64,000 nucleotides of DNA. It comes from an uncultured Collinsella sp. GTDB lineage: Bacteria; Actinomycetota; Coriobacteriia; Coriobacteriales; Coriobacteriaceae. The position numbers were made by a program, and so were the translations under genes. The notes beneath the pieces were generated by a model. The model worked only from the letters and a program-made list of their open reading frames with translations. It had not been told where the DNA came from and searched no databases. Positions 9,558 to 19,338 of the stretch are shown here, in pieces; position 1 is the first letter of the stretch; the number at the start of each line of letters is the position of its first letter. The DNA is taken from contig CABUDZ010000001.1 of NCBI GenBank assembly GCA_902490445.1, positions 496 to 64,495 of the forward strand. Reading direction: 5' to 3'.

Positions 9558-11159
9558 TTAGCCCAGACGCGGGAACAGCGGCTCACCCTTCTCGACGGGC
9601 TGACCACCGGCAAGCAGGCCCCAAGCGCAAATGCCCTTGAGGTCGTCGCTCGCGGCCTCGTCCTCGCAGGACAGGCGGCGCAGGGCTTCGGCAGAGGTCT
9701 GAGGCATGAGCGGCATCAGCAGGTGAGCGGCAATGCGGATGGCCTCGAGCAGGTTGTAGATCACAAATGCCAGCTCGTCAGCCTTAGCCTCATCCTTGGC
9801 AAGCGCCCAAGGCTCGGAGTCCTCGATGTAGTGGTTGGCGGCGTGGATGAGCTCCATAACCTCGTCCTTGGCTCCGCCGTAATCGAGCACGTCCATCTTG
9901 GCCATGTAGCGGTCGACCAGGCCATCGGCGATCTTTGCCAGCGGGTTGTCGAACGCATCGAACGATGCGGGCTTGGCGGGCGCGCAACCGTCAAAGTACT
10001 TGCCGCTCATGTTGAGCGAACGCGAGATAAGGTTGCCCCAGCTGTTGGCCAGGTCGGCGTTGTAGACCTGCTCCATGCGATCGAAGCTGATAGCGCCGTC
10101 GGTACCGGGAACGACGTCGGTCATAAAGTAGTAGCGATAGCCCTCGACGCCCAGCATGTCGATAACGTCCTGCGGAGCGATGGCGTTACCGCGGCTCTTG
10201 GACATCTTCTCGGCCTTGCCGGTCTCGGCATTGCGCACGGTCAGGAAGCCGTGGGCAAAGACGTGCTCGGGCAGGGCCTCGCCGATGGCCATGAGCATGG
10301 CGGGCCAAATGACGCAGTGGAAGCGGATGATGTCCTTACCCACGATGTGGAACTGCGCGGGCCAGCGATAGGCCAGCTCGGCACGCGCCTCGTCGGTGTC
10401 GACACCGTAGCCGACGGCCGTCATATAGTTGAGCAGCGCGTCAAACCATACATAGGTCACATGGCCCTCGTCAAACGGAACCTGGATGCCCCAGTCAAAG
10501 CTCGTGCGACTCACGGAAAGGTCGTTGAGGCCGCCCTCGACAAAGCTGCGAACCTCGTTCATGCGGAACGCAGGCTCGACAAAGTCGGGGTGCTCGTCAT
10601 AGAGCTTGAGAAGCTTGTCCTGGAAGGCGGAAAGCTTAAAGAAGTAGGACTCCTCCTGGACGCGCTCAAGCGGACGGTGGCAGTCGGGGCATAGATGCTG
10701 GCCGACGCTGCCGTACTCCTCGTCGCCCTTCTGGACCTGCGTATCAGTGAAGTAGGTCTCGTCAGGCACGCAATACCAACCGTCGTAGCTGCCCTTATAC
10801 AGGTAACCGGACTCCTTCATGCGCTCCCACAGGTACTGCACGGCATGATGCTGGCGCGGCTCGGTGGTGCGGATGAAGTCGTCGTTGGAAATCTCGAGCT
10901 TGCTCCAAAGCTCCTTGAAGTGCGGGGCCTGGCTATCGGTCCACTCCTGCGGCGTCATGCCATGCTTGGCTGCGGCCTCGGCGACCTTCTCGCCGTGCTC
11001 GTCCATGCCGGTCAGGAACTTGACGTTATAGCCGGCGGAACGGCGATAGCGAGCCTGAACGTCGGCGATGATGGTGGAATAAGCCGTGCCCAGGTGCGGA
11101 TCGGCGTTGACGTAGTAGATGGGCGTCGTGATAAAGAACGAAGGCTTGCTTTGATCCAT
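9558..11159 (-). CDS. metG: Methionine--tRNA ligase
   Basis: TTPIYYVN, HLG(HIGH-like), DEHG, YVWFDAL, GKDI, KMSKS. Confidence 0.98.
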   Translation of the reverse strand: MDQSKPSFFITTPIYYVNADPHLGTAYSTIIADVQARYRRSAGYNVKFLTGMDEHGEKVAEAAAKHGMTPQEWTDSQAPHFKELWSKLEISNDDFIRTTEPRQHHAVQYLWERMKESGYLYKGSYDGWYCVPDETYFTDTQVQKGDEEYGSVGQHLCPDCHRPLERVQEESYFFKLSAFQDKLLKLYDEHPDFVEPAFRMNEVRSFVEGGLNDLSVSRTSFDWGIQVPFDEGHVTYVWFDALLNYMTAVGYGVDTDEARAELAYRWPAQFHIVGKDIIRFHCVIWPAMLMAIGEALPEHVFAHGFLTVRNAETGKAEKMSKSRGNAIAPQDVIDMLGVEGYRYYFMTDVVPGTDGAISFDRMEQVYNADLANSWGNLISRSLNMSGKYFDGCAPAKPASFDAFDNPLAKIADGLVDRYMAKMDVLDYGGAKDEVMELIHAANHYIEDSEPWALAKDEAKADELAFVIYNLLEAIRIAAHLLMPLMPQTSAEALRRLSCEDEAASDDLKGICAWGLLAGGQPVEKGEPLFPRLG

Positions 11160-11228
11160 GGGGTTTGTCCTCCAGAAAAACGTTGCATACAGAGGATGAT
11201 TCTAGCGCAAGGGCTGGATATCCTCCAT

Positions 11229-12107
11229 CTATTGCATATCGAGCACCATGGCATAGACATCGCGCTTGCGGCGCGAATACTTCTGAGACAGGCGCTTGGC
11301 CACCGCAGACGCGGGCTCCCCCTCCTCGAGCGCGGCGCGGATATCCTCGCGCAGGGCCTCGTCGGGATCCGCTGCCGTGGCGCCGACCGGCACGATACCG
11401 GCCTCCTCATCCTCGCTCGGTGGCGCGATGACCAGCGCAATCTCGCCCTTTACCTCGCCGCGAGCACGCAGCTCCTCGGCAAGCTGGTCAGCGGGCCCGC
11501 GCAAGACCTCCTCGTGCAGCTTGGTGAGTTCGCGGCAGACGGCAACCTCACGCTGGGGAAAGACCTCCGCCACGGCCTCGAGCGTCGCCACGATGCGATG
11601 TGGAGACTCGTAGAAGATGAGTGCGCCGGGCACCACGGCAAGGCGCTGCAAACGGCGCACACGGTCGCCGTGCTTTCGGCCCAAAAAGCCCTCGAAGAAA
11701 AAATGCTCGCAGGGAATGCCGGACGAAACAAGCGCCGTGACGCAAGCAGAGGGCCCGGGAATAACTTCGACGGGCACATCGGCCTCACGCGCCGCCTCGA
11801 CCAGCGCCTGGCCGGGATCGGACACGCTCGGCATGCCGGCGTCCGAGGCAAAAGCGAGGGTCTCCCCCGCCAGCAGACGGTCGACCAGGCCGGCGGCGCG
11901 GCTGGCGATCACATTCTCGTCGCAACGGACAAGCGGCTTGGAAATGCCCAGGTGCATCAGTAGCTTTGACGTCACACGCGTGTCTTCGCAGCAGATGGCA
12001 TCAGCAGCGGCAAAGGCCTCACCAACGCGCGGGGACAGGTCGCCCAGGTTGCCGATGGGCGTGCCGACCACATAGAGTTTGCCCGTATGGGCGCTGTTTT
12101 GCGTCAT
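11229..12107 (-). CDS. rsmI: 16S rRNA cytidine-1402 2'-O-methyltransferase
   Basis: LYVVGTPIGNLGD, CEDTR, SDAGMPSVSDPG, FYESPHR, RELTKLHEE. Confidence 0.97.
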   Translation of the reverse strand: MTQNSAHTGKLYVVGTPIGNLGDLSPRVGEAFAAADAICCEDTRVTSKLLMHLGISKPLVRCDENVIASRAAGLVDRLLAGETLAFASDAGMPSVSDPGQALVEAAREADVPVEVIPGPSACVTALVSSGIPCEHFFFEGFLGRKHGDRVRRLQRLAVVPGALIFYESPHRIVATLEAVAEVFPQREVAVCRELTKLHEEVLRGPADQLAEELRARGEVKGEIALVIAPPSEDEEAGIVPVGATAADPDEALREDIRAALEEGEPASAVAKRLSQKYSRRKRDVYAMVLDMQ

Positions 12108-12113
12108 ATCAAC

Positions 12114-13175
12114 CTATTCAATCATGCCGCGCTCGAGCGTACCGAGCGCCGCGCGGGCGTCCCATGCTGCAATGCGCTTCTCGGTCTTCCACGTTTGGAA
12201 GAACCAACCGGCAGCCGGCGCAAACGAAGCCAGCTGGTTGGCGATAAACACGCGCTCGTAGGCATTGCGGCCCTCGGGCGTAACCGACGAGTTGGCAAAG
12301 ATCGCCGCGCCCGACCATTCGCCCACCAGCACGGGGAACCCAGTCGAAATCGCTTCTTTAAGCTCGCGCTTGTTACGCGAAATCGCCGTCGTCAGCCCGC
12401 GAGGGCTCGTGATGTCGAGCGCATACTCGTCGCGGTAATGGTACAGGTGAAGGTCCATGTAGACGTTCTTGTACTTGGCGCCGCGCATAAAATGCTTCCA
12501 CTCGCTGGGATGCCCCGACGACGAGAAGACGACGATCTTATCCTCGGGCATATACGAACGGACGAGCTCGTAGGCATCGCGATAGAAATTGCGCAGGTAG
12601 TGAGCAGGAATGCCATCCGTCATGGTGAAGAGGCTCTTGCGAACGCTCATCTGCGGCGTGTCCAGCAGCTCAATGCCCAGCAGGCTCTCGGCCTCGCCAT
12701 AGCGATCGGCCAAGCGCTCGAGCACGTCGAGTGCGACATGACGGCCGTTGGTGGACGAATGCCACTCGGCAACAGCCTCCGGCGTGGTGGGCGAATCGTT
12801 GGAATCGCCCTGGCCACCGGGCACGGTTGCCAGATCGAGCAGCACGCGGATGTCGTACTTGGCAGTCCACTCAATTGCGCGGTCGATGTAATCGACAACC
12901 GATATGTAGGAGGCATCGGACTCCTGTGAGCCAAAGGCATACCAGGGCACCGGCAGACGCACGGCATTGAGACCGATCTGCGCCATGCGGCGAAAATCGT
13001 CCTCGCTCACAAACGTCTCGTAATGGCGGCGCATGCGCTCGTTATAGGCGGCGGTACCCATGGCCTCCTGTAGCTCAGCCGCGTTGGATGCACCGGTCGC
13101 CGCGTACAGCGACGGGGTCACCCAAGGCTCGGGAATAAACCAGCCAGAGAGATTAACGCCGAGTATCCTCTCCAT
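12114..13175 (-). CDS. Glycoside hydrolase family 5 (exo-beta-1,3-glucanase-like) protein with degenerate active-site motif
   Basis: GVNLSGWFIPEPW, GLNAVRLPV, DLHLY and VGEWS are present; the canonical NEP reads DTP. Confidence 0.85.
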   Translation of the reverse strand: MERILGVNLSGWFIPEPWVTPSLYAATGASNAAELQEAMGTAAYNERMRRHYETFVSEDDFRRMAQIGLNAVRLPVPWYAFGSQESDASYISVVDYIDRAIEWTAKYDIRVLLDLATVPGGQGDSNDSPTTPEAVAEWHSSTNGRHVALDVLERLADRYGEAESLLGIELLDTPQMSVRKSLFTMTDGIPAHYLRNFYRDAYELVRSYMPEDKIVVFSSSGHPSEWKHFMRGAKYKNVYMDLHLYHYRDEYALDITSPRGLTTAISRNKRELKEAISTGFPVLVGEWSGAAIFANSSVTPEGRNAYERVFIANQLASFAPAAGWFFQTWKTEKRIAAWDARAALGTLERGMIE

Positions 13176-13472
13176 CACTGCCTCCTTCGGATCATGCAGG
13201 TCGAACCCGCATCGTATTGCGTAGGATAAGTATCGTTTTGAGTATACCCGCGTGTGCGGACAGGCGACCGAACGGTCTGCAAAGTGACGCGAAAGTGGGA
13301 GGAATGTCTGGGAGCAGACGGACTCGGAATGGTGCGACGAGGTGTGTACGCGCGCCGGAGGCAGGCACCGGAAAGTGTGTCCCGTTCTGAGCCCTTATTC
13401 TGGGACGCAGTTTCCGCAGAACCCTACATAAAAGAAAAGGACCCCTTTGCAGAGGTCCTAGTCAATTCAAGG

Positions 13473-13545
<73 letters not shown>

Positions 13546-13668
13546 ATTTGAGGTGTGCCTTGTTTCAAGGCTTGATTAGTATAACCAAGGACGCGTTCCG
13601 GTCAACCGAGAATTTCAAAAAAGTTTTTGAGCACAGCCTCGGTTCTTTAAATCGGCACGTCAGAGGCA

Positions 13669-13956
13669 TCAGCCGGCAGCAAGAAGTTTTTCGCTCAGAG
13701 CCGCACGGGCAAACTCACTTGGCGTCATCCCCTCGGCAGCCGCCCGTCGACGAATGGCCTCCTTCATTCCCAGAGGAATCTTGACCGACAGCGTTGCCGT
13801 CCCCTCACCCGAGAGTGGGGGCCGTCCATGCACGATCCCACCAACGGTGTGTTCGCCATCCGGAAACTCTCCGCGCTCGTACGACTCGCACCACGCGTCA
13901 ATCATTTCATCCGTTACAACCTGACCATTAGCGGCCGTATACGTCTTGCCCATCAT
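13669..13956 (-). CDS. Ribbon-helix-helix (CopG-like) protein, putative antitoxin
   Basis: GRPPL followed by LSVKIP...AIRRRAAAEGMTPSEFARAAL, an RHH pattern. Confidence 0.8.
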   Translation of the reverse strand: MMGKTYTAANGQVVTDEMIDAWCESYERGEFPDGEHTVGGIVHGRPPLSGEGTATLSVKIPLGMKEAIRRRAAAEGMTPSEFARAALSEKLLAAG

Positions 13957-14218
13957 CGACCCCTTTGCCGAGCCCGTTCAATCTCCTGCCAAAATTTCTT
14001 CTGGACTGGAGACAAGGCATGAATGATAAGCCCCCACGGACAAGCTCGACCGCGACAAGCTCCACGCTTCGTCCGTCTGGGAGCCATCCAATCGCAAGCC
14101 ATCTCGGCGGCTCGTCCTTCGGCTCGCGACGAATGCACTCAGTAACCGCAAGCCAAGCGCCAAGCACCTGCTTTTCCGTCAGGTGCTTTTTAGCGTTGGG
14201 ATGGATCTCAACATCCAT
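13953..14218 (-). pseudogene. Putative small toxin of a TA pair, 1-nt frameshift near 14031-14036
   Basis: MDVEIHPNAKKH...VELVAVELVRG continues in another frame as LIIHALSPVQKKFWQEIERARQRGR, whose TGA overlaps the antitoxin ATG. Confidence 0.65.
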
Positions 14219-14276
14219 GCATCTTCTCCTCCATCTTACCCAATTTCGTATGACGAAAGTCCGCTGTCGCCAATTC

Positions 14277-14636
14277 TTAAGCCGGCACGCGTTGGAGAGC
14301 AGGGGTCGAAACAATGATTGAAGGACGCTCTAGTACGGCCCAGGCGCCGGGGCAGGAGCACATACGCCAGGGACGTACGTTTTCGTAGCATACGAGGACA
14401 TAGCCACGTGCATCGATAAAGGCGATATCGATGGGATAGGCCATAAAACACGTATGGACCGAAGAGCAGCGTGGAAATGCCATGACGAGCGGCAGACCGT
14501 TGGCGGCAACCGGACACCGTCCCAGCATGCCGCGCAGGCGCACGGCAAACGACTCCGCCACCGCAAACTCGGCCGGCGTCCAGCCCAGCCTATTGAGTGC
14601 CCGCGCGTAGGCGATGTAGGACGAGACCGCGGTCAC
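14277..14636 (-). CDS. DUF192 family protein (last gene of the tad locus)
   Basis: AESFAVRLRGMLGR, SVHTCFMAYPIDIAFID, VRPWR, AVLE; GTG overlaps the upstream TGA. Confidence 0.85.
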   Translation of the reverse strand: MTAVSSYIAYARALNRLGWTPAEFAVAESFAVRLRGMLGRCPVAANGLPLVMAFPRCSSVHTCFMAYPIDIAFIDARGYVLVCYENVRPWRMCSCPGAWAVLERPSIIVSTPALQRVPA

Positions 14637-15109
14637 ATGACCACCCCCGGACGCCATGGATCGACCGTCACCGCGCGCTCGTGCGACAACGTTGTCGGCG
14701 CCCCCAGCGGAACGCCAGCGATGCTGAGAGAAGTCGGCCACGGCTCATAGTGCATGGTGCAGGTGTAGGTCCTAAACGTACCGGATAGGGAGAGCAGGCC
14801 ACCATCCGATGCCTCCGCGCCTTGCTCGCTCGACACTTCGATCTGCAAGTCATAGCCTTCCATGGCATTCAGAATTTGAGTCCGGACCGTCGCCGAGGCA
14901 TCGACAGAGCTTTCGTCGCCCTCCCCGCTCGGCGCCACGGCGTGCGCCAACACGATGTCGGGCACCACGCGGTCGAAGCGCGCGACAGCGCTGGCATAGA
15001 TCATGACGTTGTATACGATGAGTGCCAGCACCAGCAAAACGGGCGTAACCACTGTTATCTCCACCGTCGCTTGGGCGCGCTCCTCGCGCAGACGCATGCG
15101 GATACTCAT
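14633..15109 (-). CDS. TadE-like pseudopilin
   Basis: EERAQATVE prepilin-like site followed by a hydrophobic helix. Confidence 0.75.
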   Translation of the reverse strand: MSIRMRLREERAQATVEITVVTPVLLVLALIVYNVMIYASAVARFDRVVPDIVLAHAVAPSGEGDESSVDASATVRTQILNAMEGYDLQIEVSSEQGAEASDGGLLSLSGTFRTYTCTMHYEPWPTSLSIAGVPLGAPTTLSHERAVTVDPWRPGVVM

Positions 15110-17262
15110 TACGACCCACCGCCCAGAGCGCCAACCAGCGTGGCGACATCGACGGTGAGCGGGATGGAGCCGCCGCCGGGCAGAGGAATCTCCGCAAGCG
15201 TGAACACCGTACCGCTGATGGTGCGTTCGACTTGATATTCCAACGCCTCGCAAAGCGCCTTGGGATCGGTCACGCCCAACGGAATACTTCGCAGTTTGTC
15301 TTGCGCTTGAGAGAGACCAGCAATGTCAGACCCCGGGCTCTTAATGACGTTGGCGGAATCAGTCAGCACCGGCTTTCGCAGGCGCAAGTCGCACGGTTCC
15401 AAACCCAGCGCCGCCACGGACGCCGAAACGGTATCGCCGAGCCACGATGCGATGGAGCCCAACGCGCCGCTGCCCCCTCCTAGGCCTTTAATCATCTCGT
15501 CCATAAGTTCGTCGGCCGAACCTTGGATGTCTCCGTATCCCACAAGCAGCCGTCCCCAGACATCCATGACGCCGTCGAGTACGCCGGCAACGCCACCCGA
15601 GCGTTCCTTCAATGTCGAGAAAAATCGCGAAAGCACGTTGTTTTGCGCCGTCGCCTCATCGGGCGCCAGCACCGCGGCAGAGATGGCACCGCGATCGCCA
15701 AGCCTGACTGCCGTGTTAAACGAAGAGTTGAGCTCATCGGGGCTCGAGATGGCACCCGAAACCGCAAAGGCAACCACGCCGTTGCGACCGGGCGGAGCGA
15801 TACGTGGACGCTCGCCCGAAAGCGCTTTGATGGCCTGGTCAAACGCATTGCTCGCACGGTCGGTCTCGTCTTCGGTCTGACGTTCGAGCTCGAGCTCTTT
15901 GTTGCGGCATTCGACGTAGCCTTCCAGGGCGTCTTTGAACTTGTCAAAGTGATACTCGAAGCCGTTTTCGATCGATGTAGAAGGAGCGGCGACGGCACCC
16001 AGTGTCTTGACTCCAAAATGGCAGCGGTCGCATGCTTCTCTCCCGTCAAAGTCAGCAACCGATGACAGTCCTCCCGGCGCTCCCTTTTTATAGTTTGGGC
16101 AGCCAGTTCCATAATGGATGTACGTCTTGCCGTCATTGCTGCTCGTCGGCCACGCGGCATCGGTATAAAGATCGCTCGCCCTGGCCTCGTCCGCGTTGCG
16201 CGGCAGCAGCGGCAGGTCCGCGACGACGCTCGTGCCGTCGTCCACGATGGAGGCTCGCCCGAGCTCTTCACCGGCATACCGATAGAACGCCTTTCGAGCG
16301 GCAGACTCCGCCTGCATCTCGACACCGCTTCCAAGCGGCTTTTCGTTAGCAAGGCGCTGACGGTAATATGTTCTCGCTCGGTCAAGCGCCACCTGGGGCT
16401 CCCACGTGACGCTCGATGCGTAATGTGGGTTGAGCTCGCCCGGCAGCGACGCCAGCTTCTTCGCGCGCTCCCACATGCACGAACGGCCACCAATCGTGCC
16501 CTTGTCCGACCCGCCGCAGTCCGCAAGCCAGGCGCGCTCTTTTGCTTTCGCCGTATCCTCAGAAGCCTCCTTCAACTTTTTGGCTGCGAGCTCTAAATCA
16601 TCTGACGCATCTTTAATGGCATCGGTCGAGATCTCGGAACCCTCGAGCGCAACAAAATCAGACTCGGATGTCCTGGGCACGGCAAGCGCCGTACCGGTAT
16701 AGGTCACACTATCGGTATCCTGCGCCGACACCGCCTGCGTGGCACGCGCGGCGATCAGATACGGCAGAGCCGTCTCGATTTTCTGTAAGCCTTCCGATGC
16801 GCTTTTTGCAAACTTGTTGCGCGTTTTAATGATCTCAATCCCGGTGTCGACCATATTGCCGGCAACTGGTTCGGCACCCGGGATGAGGATGGCGACCAGG
16901 CCCGTCCCGATCGTGGCAAACCCCGCCAGCCCCAGACTCAAGATGCTCGCATCAACCACCGTGGCAGCCGTGTGATAGGACGACACTACGTTGGCACCCG
17001 CCAGCGCGCCGCTATCGGCCGCCACCTGGGTATCCCCGGCACGCGACATGCTCCATATCGCCGCCGTCGACGAAAACAGCAGCGTGAGCACCACCAAGAT
17101 GACCACCGCAGAGGAGAGCGTGGTGTAGGCACCGTCTTCGATAAACAGATCGACACCGGCTCGACCCATAAAGCCGCCTCGCTTGCGATGGCAGCTCGGA
17201 CGGCACGTCAAAACGCGTCTAGACCAGAAACGCTTAATCCCATGTAGCAATCCACGAATCAT
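15109..17262 (-). CDS. Large TadG-like pilus protein (start uncertain; alternative at 17169)
   Basis: EDGAYTT + TM + QVAADSGALAGA, a Tad-type motif; position within the tad operon. Confidence 0.75.
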   Translation of the reverse strand: MIRGLLHGIKRFWSRRVLTCRPSCHRKRGGFMGRAGVDLFIEDGAYTTLSSAVVILVVLTLLFSSTAAIWSMSRAGDTQVAADSGALAGANVVSSYHTAATVVDASILSLGLAGFATIGTGLVAILIPGAEPVAGNMVDTGIEIIKTRNKFAKSASEGLQKIETALPYLIAARATQAVSAQDTDSVTYTGTALAVPRTSESDFVALEGSEISTDAIKDASDDLELAAKKLKEASEDTAKAKERAWLADCGGSDKGTIGGRSCMWERAKKLASLPGELNPHYASSVTWEPQVALDRARTYYRQRLANEKPLGSGVEMQAESAARKAFYRYAGEELGRASIVDDGTSVVADLPLLPRNADEARASDLYTDAAWPTSSNDGKTYIHYGTGCPNYKKGAPGGLSSVADFDGREACDRCHFGVKTLGAVAAPSTSIENGFEYHFDKFKDALEGYVECRNKELELERQTEDETDRASNAFDQAIKALSGERPRIAPPGRNGVVAFAVSGAISSPDELNSSFNTAVRLGDRGAISAAVLAPDEATAQNNVLSRFFSTLKERSGGVAGVLDGVMDVWGRLLVGYGDIQGSADELMDEMIKGLGGGSGALGSIASWLGDTVSASVAALGLEPCDLRLRKPVLTDSANVIKSPGSDIAGLSQAQDKLRSIPLGVTDPKALCEALEYQVERTISGTVFTLAEIPLPGGGSIPLTVDVATLVGALGGGS

Positions 17263-17770
17263 AGTCTCCCTCCAGCCATTCGGGACGCGATTGATACGAG
17301 ACATCGACTTTGAGCTCAACGTAGCCGCCCTCGGCGGTACCACCCATAGCCTGCGCAAACGCACCGATCACAGGCAACGGCTTGACCTCGCCGGAAACGG
17401 ACACGGACGAGACGCTACCCGCATCTGCCCGGCCAAGCTCGATATCCCACGACAACGGCCCGCCGGCATGAAAGATCGAAACGTTGGGCACTGCGGCAAG
17501 CCGGCGGCGGGTAAACTCCTTAAGATCGTCGTCCTCCGCCGTCGTCGTGGTCATGAGCCGCGCGGTCTCGGCGGCGGCAGACTCCATGACCGCGCGCGTA
17601 TAGAGCAGGCACACCGGTTGCAGTGCGAGAAGGATGAGCGTCAGAAACGTCGGCAGCAAAAAAGCGGCCTCGACCGTTGACTGCGCCCGGTCCTCACGCG
17701 CGATATCAATACAACGCGATGTCCTTAGCGCCCGCAGCGGCGTCGATAACCGATGTCGAGGCAACGCCAT
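17234..17770 (-). CDS. TadE family pseudopilin (start uncertain)
   Basis: EDRAQSTVEAAFLLP + TM + AAAETAR. Confidence 0.8.
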   Translation of the reverse strand: MALPRHRLSTPLRALRTSRCIDIAREDRAQSTVEAAFLLPTFLTLILLALQPVCLLYTRAVMESAAAETARLMTTTTAEDDDLKEFTRRRLAAVPNVSIFHAGGPLSWDIELGRADAGSVSSVSVSGEVKPLPVIGAFAQAMGGTAEGGYVELKVDVSYQSRPEWLEGDYDSWIATWD

Positions 17771-17924
17771 GGGATGCCGCCCGCTCAACCAGCGCCGCCA
17801 AGCGCCCATCGGTGCCAGCGCGCCAAAGCCCCGCGATCGCCAGCACGATCGATAACAGCGCCACCGTGACGATGGCGTATTCCACAGTCGCTTGGGCAAC
17901 CTCTTCACGCAGAACGCCATGCAT
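17706..17924 (-). CDS. Small Flp-like minor pilin
   Basis: EEVAQATVEYAIV + hydrophobic helix. Confidence 0.75.
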   Translation of the reverse strand: MHGVLREEVAQATVEYAIVTVALLSIVLAIAGLWRAGTDGRLAALVERAASHGVASTSVIDAAAGAKDIALY

Positions 17925-17925
17925 T

Positions 17926-18489
17926 TCACGATCCCTCCTTTGAGCTTATTGTTTGCGGGACCAGGCGCACGGCGCGCAGACGACACGAAGCATCGCCAGT
18001 ATCCGCGGCAACCGTCACCATATCGACCCAGCCGCGTCCGTCACGCACGATAGCGCCCCACACGTTTCCCTTGATGTCGAGATAGCCGCTCAGAGCAAGT
18101 TGTGCCGTGGGTACCTCGCGATAGGCACGCAGCATATCCTCCGCCGCTTCGGTCATCGGTCGGTCCTCGGACCATGCAAGCCGGACCGCAATCGCGTTGC
18201 CCTCAGGCGAATCCGTCGCAGTGCCAGACCGCTTGTCGAGCGTCCGCAGAAAGGTTTGCGCCGTGATAGCGACATCCGAATCGTCCGCATCTCGCATCTC
18301 ATCTTCTTGAGACGCCACCGCCGAATCTGAGCCCAAATCGGAGGCGGTCCCAGGACGCTGCTGCCGCGCGACGTTAAGCCCCCAAAGCACCGCCGCTATC
18401 GCCACGGTCAGGCAAGCAAACACCAGCAGCACCCCGATGGGACGCTCGCCCTCTACAGGCTGTTGATGCCCTCGCTGATAGCGTTCCAT
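17926..18489 (-). CDS. Single-TM hypothetical protein in the tad locus
   Basis: N-terminal TM helix; operon position. Confidence 0.65.
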   Translation of the reverse strand: MERYQRGHQQPVEGERPIGVLLVFACLTVAIAAVLWGLNVARQQRPGTASDLGSDSAVASQEDEMRDADDSDVAITAQTFLRTLDKRSGTATDSPEGNAIAVRLAWSEDRPMTEAAEDMLRAYREVPTAQLALSGYLDIKGNVWGAIVRDGRGWVDMVTVAADTGDASCRLRAVRLVPQTISSKEGS

Positions 18490-18686
18490 AGATCTTGGAC
18501 CTTGCCCTTAAATGCGACGATGGCGATAATCGCGATCACCACGAGCACGCCGACCAAGATGGCATACTCGGTGGTACCCTGTGCACTCTCCTCCTGCAAT
18601 AGTTCCTTGGCGCGCTGACGAACATGTGCCGCCCGGCAAAACGCCCAGCCCTGGACCTTGCCAGCAGCGTCAGTCATCGTGTTCAT
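18453..18686 (-). CDS. flp: Flp family type IVc major pilin
   Basis: EESAQGTTEYAILVGVLVVIAIIAI...; GAGGAA RBS. Confidence 0.88.
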   Translation of the reverse strand: MNTMTDAAGKVQGWAFCRAAHVRQRAKELLQEESAQGTTEYAILVGVLVVIAIIAIVAFKGKVQDLWNAISEGINSL

Positions 18687-18696
18687 GTATTCCTCC

Positions 18697-19338
18697 CTAC
18701 ATCATCCCGCCTGCTCCCAGCAGCGGGCCCAATATGGACAGAAGCAACGCCGGCAAGATGAGCGTGCCGGTGGGAATCAGCAGCTTGACGGGCGCACGCT
18801 CGATCTCGCGCTCGACCGCGGCGCGATGAGCCGCACGGATCTCGCGACTTTGAGCGGCCAGCGTCTCGGCAAGTGGGGCACCCAGGGCGAGCGCCTGCCC
18901 CACCGTGATGGCAAAGGTCTCGAGCGCTCGCACGTCCAGGTCGCGCGCGGCGGCCAACAACTCGTCCTCACGCGTGCCCACGCCCACCTGCCACGCCATG
19001 CAGGCGCGCTCAAGGCGAAGAGCCAGCACTGACCGGCGGTTGGCGCAGAAAATCTCAAGCGCCGCATCAAACGAAAGACCGGCCGAAAGACCCAAGCGCA
19101 CAACATCGATCATCTCGGACACTTCGCCGAGCGACACTCGCGCCGGGCCGCCCGCTCCAACCGCGCCCTTCACTCGCGCGGTCAGAGCATCGACCACCGA
19201 GCGACCCGCGGCAGCGACCAGCACCGCCTCGCGCTTGCAGGCCCCTGCGACCTTGCGTGCATCCGCCCGATCCAACCCCGTCGCGACAAATACGCTCAGG
19301 GCGCACAGGCAAGCCGCAACTGCAACCGGGGCGCTCAT
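18697..19338 (-). CDS. tadC: TadC-like T2SS-F family protein
   Basis: LSAGLSFDAAL, LGAPLAETL, APVKLLIP. Confidence 0.85.
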   Translation of the reverse strand: MSAPVAVAACLCALSVFVATGLDRADARKVAGACKREAVLVAAAGRSVVDALTARVKGAVGAGGPARVSLGEVSEMIDVVRLGLSAGLSFDAALEIFCANRRSVLALRLERACMAWQVGVGTREDELLAAARDLDVRALETFAITVGQALALGAPLAETLAAQSREIRAAHRAAVEREIERAPVKLLIPTGTLILPALLLSILGPLLGAGGMM

